Notes under the pieces: generated by a model
Told to the model about the DNA's origin: nothing
The model's input: only the letters and a program-made list of their open reading frames with translations
The model's database searches: none
Translations under genes and position numbers: made by a program
Part shown: piece by piece, positions 1 to 5,488 of the stretch
Layout of the letters: every line of letters starts with the position of its first letter
How positions within the stretch are numbered: the first letter of the stretch is position 1
Virus record (IMG/VR): IMGVR_UViG_3300020161_002875
Coordinates: 1-34,556 of that record
Source: a virus
Lineage: Duplodnaviria; Caudoviricetes
Reading direction: 5' to 3' (one strand)
Length of the DNA stretch: 34,556 nucleotides

Positions 1-2
1 AC

Positions 3-131
3 TTGGGCATCACGGGTCAGTTAGATCTAAGTGAGAACTTTGACCTGTTTGCTGATGTTAAAGATCTGGAGCAAGCAATCAACAAGTGGAATGATTATCG
101 CGGTTCGATGAACACCAGTCCCGCACAGTAA
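3..131 (+). CDS. 3' end of a small hypothetical phage protein (truncated by window start)
   Basis: Open frame from position 3: LGITGQLDLSENFDLFADVKDLEQAINKWNDYRGSMNTSPAQ then TAA at 129-131; same strand and codon style as the next ORFs. Confidence 0.55.
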   Translation: MGITGQLDLSENFDLFADVKDLEQAINKWNDYRGSMNTSPAQ

Positions 132-140
132 GGTATACAA

Positions 141-174
141 AGAGGAATGAGATGCGCCTCTATAAAGACACTCA
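141..174 (+). ncRNA. Candidate H-type RNA pseudoknot (preQ1-I-like architecture) in the leader of the 202 ORF
   Basis: AGAGG(141-145)/CCTCT(157-161) stem; loop TGAG(148-151) complementary to CTCA(171-174) after an A-rich linker ATAAAGACA; intergenic, 27 nt before the ATG. Confidence 0.45.
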
Positions 175-201
175 CAGTTCACTACACTTTTCTTCGTTAT
201 T

Positions 202-336
202 ATGTCCAAGCAAGTTATCCTTTCGATGCTGGCACAAGGTAACACTGGTGATGAGATTCTCTCCATCCTCGATGTTATCGTCTCCGACATTGAGCAGGAG
301 GGTATTGATAGTTGCGCCGAAATCTTTGCCAACTGA
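202..336 (+). CDS. 44-aa acidic peptide, paralog A (not in ORF track)
   Basis: MSKQVILSMLAQGNTGDEILSILDVIVSDIEQEGIDSCAEIFAN*; N-terminal 24 aa nearly identical to the 381 ORF, with synonymous changes downstream of the identical block. Confidence 0.8.
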   Translation: MSKQVILSMLAQGNTGDEILSILDVIVSDIEQEGIDSCAEIFAN

Positions 337-427
337 TTCACACTTACTGTTCACTCTTAACTAACACACAAGAACACAAAATGTCTAAGACCGTGATGCT
401 TTCGATGCTGGCACAAGGTAACACTGG
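220..427 (+). repeat. Perfect 29-nt direct repeat (220-248 and 399-427)
   Basis: CTTTCGATGCTGGCACAAGGTAACACTGG occurs twice 179 nt apart, in the same codon phase in both peptides; leaders share CACT(C/T)AC(A/T)GTTCACT (169-183, 341-355). Confidence 0.95.
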
Positions 428-551
428 CAGCGAGATTCTGTCCATTCTGGATGCACTCACTACTGACAATGTTGTTGGTTATGAGTATATCGAGTCGCCC
501 GTGATTGAGCAGGTGATTGGTATTCCTACTCTGGAAGAGATTGCATTCTAA
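381..551 (+). CDS. 56-aa acidic peptide, paralog B
   Basis: MSKTVMLSMLAQGNTGSEILSILDALTTDNVVGYEYIESPVIEQVIGIPTLEEIAF*; start moved from 312 to ATG 381 by alignment with paralog A. Confidence 0.8.
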   Translation: MSKTVMLSMLAQGNTGSEILSILDALTTDNVVGYEYIESPVIEQVIGIPTLEEIAF

Positions 552-566
552 GTGTAACTAACTGTG

Positions 567-592
567 TGCCCCTTGGTTGACACTGGGGGGCA
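567..592 (+). terminator. GC-rich hairpin after the peptide pair (possible terminator/pause; no good U-tract)
   Basis: TGCCCCTTGG(567-576)/CTGGGGGGCA(583-592) pairs with three G-U wobbles around the loop TTGACA. Confidence 0.4.
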
Positions 593-605
593 GCAGTGTT
601 ATGCT
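577..605 (+). promoter_or_regulatory. Sigma70-type (early, host-like) promoter
   Basis: TTGACA(577-582), 17-nt spacer, TG at 597-598 (extended -10), TATGCT(600-605). Confidence 0.7.
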
Positions 606-753
606 TGGTGATGATAGTGATTCGGCAGTGTTTTGCGGTCGGTTGTTATAGGCGCCGCGGGGCGTTGCGTTTATAAAAATCGATAAGTCCCTAACCTACA
701 GAGGTGACAAAACGCGAACGATATATCAATCCAATAAAAAAATTTCCGGAAGT

Positions 754-903
754 ATGATAAGATCTCAATACCCCCGCCGAAGAACTCCTTATTGGAACTT
801 TTGGAAGGTTGTATTAGCAGTCTGGATGATTCGTTATCCACGCCCTTTTTTTGTGGCACTTGGTTTTTGTATATTTGTGATATATAATGCAGTTACAAAA
901 TAA
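754..903 (+). CDS. 49-aa small membrane protein (not in ORF track)
   Basis: MIRSQYPRRRTPYWNFWKVVLAVWMIRYPRPFFVALGFCIFVIYNAVTK*; basic N-terminus, two hydrophobic segments; fills the gap before the 935 ORF. Confidence 0.65.
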   Translation: MIRSQYPRRRTPYWNFWKVVLAVWMIRYPRPFFVALGFCIFVIYNAVTK

Positions 904-934
904 AAACTGAAAAAAAAATTCCGGAGATATTTTT

Positions 935-1135
935 ATGACTGCATGTGAAAAAATATATCACATATATGCAAAGAATAAGTGTTTGTTTCATTCACTGAAA
1001 GAGGAGGAGTTTGATAATACTTGGAGTACATTAAAGAAACTTGTAAATTTATTAGACACTGGGTATAATGATGAAGATTTAACTTATGAGGAACTCACTG
1101 TTAATAGGAGAGTGGTATTAGATTCTTCGCATTGA
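935..1135 (+). CDS. 66-aa hypothetical cyanophage protein
   Basis: ORF with GGAG at 923-926 upstream; acidic C-terminal half; co-directional with neighbours. Confidence 0.75.
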   Translation: MTACEKIYHIYAKNKCLFHSLKEEEFDNTWSTLKKLVNLLDTGYNDEDLTYEELTVNRRVVLDSSH

Positions 1136-1160
1136 CAAATACTAAATAGACGGATAAAAT
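1132..1160 (+). promoter_or_regulatory. Sigma70-type promoter with a nested late-type TAAATA box
   Basis: TTGACA(1132-1137)-17 nt-TAAAAT(1155-1160); CTAAATA at 1142-1148 in the spacer. Confidence 0.7.
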
Positions 1161-1184
1161 TGATCTTGAAGGTTGATTAAACTT

Positions 1185-1952
1185 ATGGCAAAAGGATTCA
1201 CTGTTAAAACTGTTGCACCAAAGACTAACACTGAAGAGTGGGACTATGGTGCAATTAAGGAAAGAATGAAAGGTAAGAGCATTGTATTCTGTTTACCCGG
1301 TAGAGGATGTTCTTATATTTTTCTAAAAGCATTTGTACAACTTTGTTTTGATCTTGTACAAAATGGAATGAGTATTCAAATTTCTCAAGACTACTCATCG
1401 ATGGTAAACTTTGCACGTTGCAAGGTTCTTGGTGCCAATGTTCTTCGTGGACCAAAGCAAGTGCCTTGGGATGGAAAACTTGAATATGATTATCAACTCT
1501 GGATTGATAGTGATATTGTTTTTGATTCTAACAAATTCTGGCAACTTTGTGATGGTGCTCTCCCCGAAGAAGGAGAGGAGCGTGAAATTGTCGCTGGTTG
1601 GTATGCTACTGAGGATGGACACACAACTTCTGTCGCACACTGGTTAGAAGAAGATGATTTCCGCAAGAATGGTGGAGTTATGAATCATGAAACTGTAGAG
1701 TCAATCGGTAAGCGTCGTAAGTTATTTACTGTAGATTATACAGGTTTTGGTTGGGTGCTCATTAAGAAGGGAGTATTTGAGAATCTTGAATACCCTTGGT
1801 TTGCTCCAAAGATGCAAGTCTTTGAATCTGGTGCAGTGCAAGACATGTGTGGCGAAGATGTTTCATTCTGTCTTGATGCAATTGAAGAAGGACTTAAAAT
1901 CTGGTGCGATCCTCGTATTAGAGTTGGGCACGAAAAGACTCGTATTATCTAA
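1185..1952 (+). CDS. GT-A fold (family 2-like) glycosyltransferase
   Basis: SIVFCLPG first strand, SSMVNFARC, YDYQLWIDSDIVF (DxD), VDYTGFGWVLIKKGVFE, GEDVSFC, RVGHEK motifs; start set at ATG 1185 (MAKGF) rather than the TTG at 1173. Confidence 0.8.
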   Translation: MAKGFTVKTVAPKTNTEEWDYGAIKERMKGKSIVFCLPGRGCSYIFLKAFVQLCFDLVQNGMSIQISQDYSSMVNFARCKVLGANVLRGPKQVPWDGKLEYDYQLWIDSDIVFDSNKFWQLCDGALPEEGEEREIVAGWYATEDGHTTSVAHWLEEDDFRKNGGVMNHETVESIGKRRKLFTVDYTGFGWVLIKKGVFENLEYPWFAPKMQVFESGAVQDMCGEDVSFCLDAIEEGLKIWCDPRIRVGHEKTRII

Positions 1953-2104
1953 TGGAAACAACTTACAATCTTTTATATAAAGGGCGTAAAATTTATTCAA
2001 ATCTCACTATAGAAGACTGTAGTGAGATTCTTCAAGACTTCTCAGAGCGTTATTTCTCGGGAGAAGACATTGATCCTAATTTAATTGAAATGGAGGAAAT
2101 CTAA
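1952..2104 (+). CDS. 50-aa acidic hypothetical protein (not in ORF track)
   Basis: METTYNLLYKGRKIYSNLTIEDCSEILQDFSERYFSGEDIDPNLIEMEEI*; TAATG stop/start overlap at both ends. Confidence 0.75.
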   Translation: METTYNLLYKGRKIYSNLTIEDCSEILQDFSERYFSGEDIDPNLIEMEEI

Positions 2105-2244
2105 TGGCTAAAGGTGGAAGTAATAAAACTATTTTTGAACCAGGAGCACCTAAGAAAACACGTCAGGGTCGTTCTGCTCGCACCTTATTGAGTGCAACCT
2201 CTCGCAATGGACGTAAAAAAAGGTATCGCGGTCAAGGAAAATAA
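2104..2244 (+). CDS. 46-aa highly basic peptide (not in ORF track)
   Basis: MAKGGSNKTIFEPGAPKKTRQGRSARTLLSATSRNGRKKRYRGQGK*; GGAGG upstream, TAATG overlap, followed by a terminator. Confidence 0.8.
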   Translation: MAKGGSNKTIFEPGAPKKTRQGRSARTLLSATSRNGRKKRYRGQGK

Positions 2245-2251
2245 TATAGAT

Positions 2252-2281
2252 AAAGCAGGAAGAAATTCCTGCTTTTTTATT
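2252..2281 (+). terminator. Rho-independent terminator
   Basis: AAAGCAGGAA-GAAA-TTCCTGCTTT perfect 10-bp stem with GNRA loop running into a T-tract. Confidence 0.85.
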
Positions 2282-2289
2282 GGAAACTT

Positions 2290-2985
2290 ATGGCATATCT
2301 TAATCACAATCTTCCAACGATTACTTGTTATATTCGTAATGAATTTCTTTATAACCATAAAAAAGGTCATGGAGAGGTAACTTTATGCGACGTACACTCT
2401 GTAGCGTCCTTAGAGAAGCATGTACCCCTCTTTGAGGCATTTCTAGAGAATGGGGTCAACTGGACACGAAGACCTATTCATGCATTCTGTTGGAAACCTG
2501 ATGCACCAGTACCTGAATTGGAAGAGTGTATGTGGTGGGATTGCTTTTCTCCTTATATTGATGTTCAAGTTCGTTCAAGATTGTCTAACTTACGTGCTGA
2601 ACTGATTAATTATCGGGGGGAAAAGAATGAAGGAACCTACTTATTCACTCTTGATTGGTCATGGGAGTCAAAATCCACCCTCAATACTAATTTTAGTGAG
2701 ACTCCAGAGCATAAATGTGCTCACTTTTTTAAGATGGATAATGGAAATTTCTATGCATATCCTAATAATAAGATATTGTGGTATGATGATGCATGGACAA
2801 AGAATAGAATTACCAAAAATCCAGGTTATGAAATAGATTTAACCGAATACTCTGTTGAAAATCGTCGCAAAATTGAGACTTCCGATGATTTTATGTACGA
2901 AATTACGAAAATTCGGGATAGCAACCCCGTAAAAAGTTCTGATTTTAACAAATCAGGAGCACAAGATGGACCAAAAACTGCTTAG
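2290..2985 (+). CDS. 231-aa hypothetical phage protein (Trp/Cys/His-rich)
   Basis: Long ORF with protein-like motifs WWDCFS, YLFTLDW, PEHKCAH, GNFYAYPNNKILW; function not recognised. Confidence 0.8.
   Translation: MAYLNHNLPTITCYIRNEFLYNHKKGHGEVTLCDVHSVASLEKHVPLFEAFLENGVNWTRRPIHAFCWKPDAPVPELEECMWWDCFSPYIDVQVRSRLSNLRAELINYRGEKNEGTYLFTLDWSWESKSTLNTNFSETPEHKCAHFFKMDNGNFYAYPNNKILWYDDAWTKNRITKNPGYEIDLTEYSVENRRKIETSDDFMYEITKIRDSNPVKSSDFNKSGAQDGPKTA
2914..2940 (+). ncRNA. Second candidate compact H-type pseudoknot, upstream of the 2966 ORF
   Basis: CGGG(2914-2917)/CCCG(2926-2929) stem; loop AG-C-AAC can pair with GTTCT(2936-2940) after a TAAAAA linker. Confidence 0.35.
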
Positions 2986-3127
2986 AGAAATCGCAAACGA
3001 TGATTTAACCCCCAAAAAACATGATTTTTCTCATCAAAATGAAATTCATGAGAGAATTCGCAATGATGAAGACTATGATGACTGGGAATATGGAACAGAA
3101 CCACTTTATGAATCAAAAAATCTCTAA
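2966..3127 (+). CDS. 53-aa acidic hypothetical protein (not in ORF track)
   Basis: AGGAG at 2955-2959; MDQKLLREIANDDLTPKKHDFSHQNEIHERIRNDEDYDDWEYGTEPLYESKNL*. Confidence 0.75.
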   Translation: MDQKLLREIANDDLTPKKHDFSHQNEIHERIRNDEDYDDWEYGTEPLYESKNL

Positions 3128-3133
3128 TAAATA
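3126..3133 (+). promoter_or_regulatory. T4-like late promoter
   Basis: AATAAATA 20 nt upstream of gp25; matches T4 TATAAATA / cyanophage NATAAATA. Confidence 0.7.
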
Positions 3134-3153
3134 AGATAGAATTAGCATAATCA

Positions 3154-3555
3154 ATGCCTTTACAAAGGGTAAGTCAGGGATTTAAAGATATTAGTATGTC
3201 ATTTCAGAGCAATCCTCTGACTAATGACCTGATTGCCCTTAAAAATGAAAACGCAATTGCTCGTTCAATTCGTAATATTGTGTTTACTTTACCTGGCGAA
3301 AAGTTTTTTAATGAAAACTTTGGTTCTAGAATTAGTCAGTCTCTTTTTGAAAATTTAGATAGTTCTTCGGCTCTTGTTATACAAGATGAAATTGAAAATT
3401 CAATTCGCAATTATGAACCAAGAGTTTCGTTAGTAGATGTCCAAGTAAATCCAGACTTTGATAATAATTCTTTTGATGTAATTATAGTTTATAGAATTGT
3501 TGGTATAGATGTTCCAGCACAACAGTTACAGTTCGTTCTGCAACCTACTAGGTAA
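3154..3555 (+). CDS. gp25: Baseplate wedge subunit gp25 (sheath initiator)
   Basis: AIARSIRNIVFTLPGEKFFNENFGS...IRNYEPRV GPW/gp25 signature; 133 aa; precedes gp6. Confidence 0.93.
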   Translation: MPLQRVSQGFKDISMSFQSNPLTNDLIALKNENAIARSIRNIVFTLPGEKFFNENFGSRISQSLFENLDSSSALVIQDEIENSIRNYEPRVSLVDVQVNPDFDNNSFDVIIVYRIVGIDVPAQQLQFVLQPTR

Positions 3556-5484
3556 ATGCCGTTAGTAAATTTCTCAAATCTGGATTTTGACCAGATTAAA
3601 ACCAGTCTTAGAGATTATTTGAGATCAAACTCAAATTTTACTGATTATGATTTTGAAGGATCTAATCTTTCAACGATCGTTGATGTTTTGGCATATAATA
3701 CCTACATCACTTCATATAATGCAAATATGGTTGCAAATGAAGTGTTTATTGATAGTTCTACACTTAGAGAAAATATTGTAGCACTTGCCAGAAACATTGG
3801 ATATATCCCAAGATCAAGAAAAGCGGCTACTGCAACAGTAAGTTTTTTTGTTGATACTTCAAACATCACTCCAGTCCCATCATCTCTAACTTTAAAGAAA
3901 GGACCAATAGCAGCAACATCAGGTTCTTTTGGAAATCAATCGTTTATATTCTCGATATTAGATGATGTTACTGTACCCGTAGTAGATAATATTGCATCTT
4001 TCAATGATATTAAAATTTATGAGGGTGTTTTATTAACTACCAATTTTACTTATAACTCAAATAATCTAAATCAAAGATTTATTCTACCAAATTCAGGTAT
4101 AGACACAGAATTAATATCCGTTCGTGTCAAAGATAGTATAACTGCAACGGCATCAGCAAAGTATACACTTCAAGATAGTGTCTTTGAGGTAAATCAAAAT
4201 TCTAGAGTATATTATATACAAGAAATTGAAGATGAAAGATATGAATTAATATTTGGTGATGGTGTTTTATTTGGAAAAAAATTAGAAAATAATAACTACA
4301 TCGAAGCAAATTATATCGTTTCAAATGGTGATAGTGGAAATGGAATAAGTCAATTCAGTTTTTCTGGAAGAATTGCATATACAAGAAATTCTATAGAATA
4401 TACAGTTACTTCTGGTATATCGCTCCTAACAACTGGAGTTATTTCTCAAGGCGGAGAAAATATTGAGTCCGTTGAGTCAATCAAGAAATATGCTCCAAGA
4501 ATTTATGCTTCCCAAAATAGAGCACTATCTGCAAATGACTATGAAGCACTAATTCCAGCAAAGGTTTATCCAGAAACTGAATCTATTTCTGTTTTTGGTG
4601 GCGAAGAACTTGTTCCTCCACAATATGGTAAAGTTTTTATTAGCATCAAACCCAGAAATGGAGACTTTTTACCAAACTTGATTAAAGAAAACATAAAAAG
4701 AGATCTTAAAAAGTATGCAGTAGCTGGAATTGTTCCAGAAATTTTAGATCTCAAATATCTTTACATAGAGGTTGATTCTAAAATTTATTATAATACAAAC
4801 CTTGCACCAAGTTCGGCATACGTCTCTACTTTAATTCAAGCAAATGCAAATAAGTATGCAGAATCAACGGAATTAAATAGATATGGAGCAAGATTCAAGT
4901 ACAGTAAATTTTTAAAAATAATTGATGACACTCACGAATCAGTAACTTCAAACATCACACAAATTCAAATTAGAAGGGACTTGAGAGTTGCATTAAATAC
5001 TTTTGCAGAATATCAAATTGGTTTTGGAAATGCTTTCCATATTAAGAGTATGGATGGGTTTAATATCAAATCTTCCGCATTTAGAGTATCTGATTTTCAA
5101 GAATCAGTATACTTGGCAGATATTCCAGATACCAATAGAACAACCGGATCTATTTTCTTATTTACTGTCCCCAACCCAAATTCCACGACCGCAACAATTA
5201 TCAAAAGAAACGTTGGGAGAATTGATTATGAAAAAGGTATTATAACATTAAATCCCATTAATGTTTTATCTGGAAAAATAAAAGATTCTCAAACAATCAT
5301 AGAAATATCTGCAATACCAAAATCGAATGATGTGATTGGATTGCAAGATTTATATCTTCAACTAGATATTAATAAGAGTATTTTTGAAATGATCCCTGAC
5401 GAAATATCTTCAGGACTTGATCCTTCGGCATCTAACTATATCGTAACTTCAAGCTACAGCAACGGGAACCTAGTAAGATCATAA
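3556..5484 (+). CDS. gp6: Baseplate wedge subunit gp6
   Basis: LDFDQIKTSL...FTDYDFEGSNLS...LAYNTY, FGDG, ESVESIK...QNRALSANDY, YGKVFISIKP motifs; 642 aa. Confidence 0.95.
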   Translation: MPLVNFSNLDFDQIKTSLRDYLRSNSNFTDYDFEGSNLSTIVDVLAYNTYITSYNANMVANEVFIDSSTLRENIVALARNIGYIPRSRKAATATVSFFVDTSNITPVPSSLTLKKGPIAATSGSFGNQSFIFSILDDVTVPVVDNIASFNDIKIYEGVLLTTNFTYNSNNLNQRFILPNSGIDTELISVRVKDSITATASAKYTLQDSVFEVNQNSRVYYIQEIEDERYELIFGDGVLFGKKLENNNYIEANYIVSNGDSGNGISQFSFSGRIAYTRNSIEYTVTSGISLLTTGVISQGGENIESVESIKKYAPRIYASQNRALSANDYEALIPAKVYPETESISVFGGEELVPPQYGKVFISIKPRNGDFLPNLIKENIKRDLKKYAVAGIVPEILDLKYLYIEVDSKIYYNTNLAPSSAYVSTLIQANANKYAESTELNRYGARFKYSKFLKIIDDTHESVTSNITQIQIRRDLRVALNTFAEYQIGFGNAFHIKSMDGFNIKSSAFRVSDFQESVYLADIPDTNRTTGSIFLFTVPNPNSTTATIIKRNVGRIDYEKGIITLNPINVLSGKIKDSQTIIEISAIPKSNDVIGLQDLYLQLDINKSIFEMIPDEISSGLDPSASNYIVTSSYSNGNLVRS

Positions 5485-5488
5485 TAAA

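Noticed and set aside
141-174. Calling this a canonical preQ1-I riboswitch
   Set aside because: The ligand-contacting loop U and C positions are A and G, and no queuosine-pathway gene follows; kept only as a look-alike fold
27-364. Track ORFs 27..341(-), 152..364(+), 172..354(-) and the 312 start
   Set aside because: All overlap the better supported 202..336 peptide; paralog alignment fixes the starts at 202 and 381
220-427. 29-nt direct repeat as a mini CRISPR array
   Set aside because: Only two copies, 150-nt gap, in the same codon phase within paralogous ORFs whose similarity extends beyond the repeat; no cas genes
671-2836. Track ORFs 671..859(-), 1255..1455(-), 1395..1640(-), 1411..1647, 1747..1980, 2185..2370(-), 2192..2380 and 2627..2836
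   Set aside because: Shadow frames over real genes or spanning the terminator; no motifs or coupling
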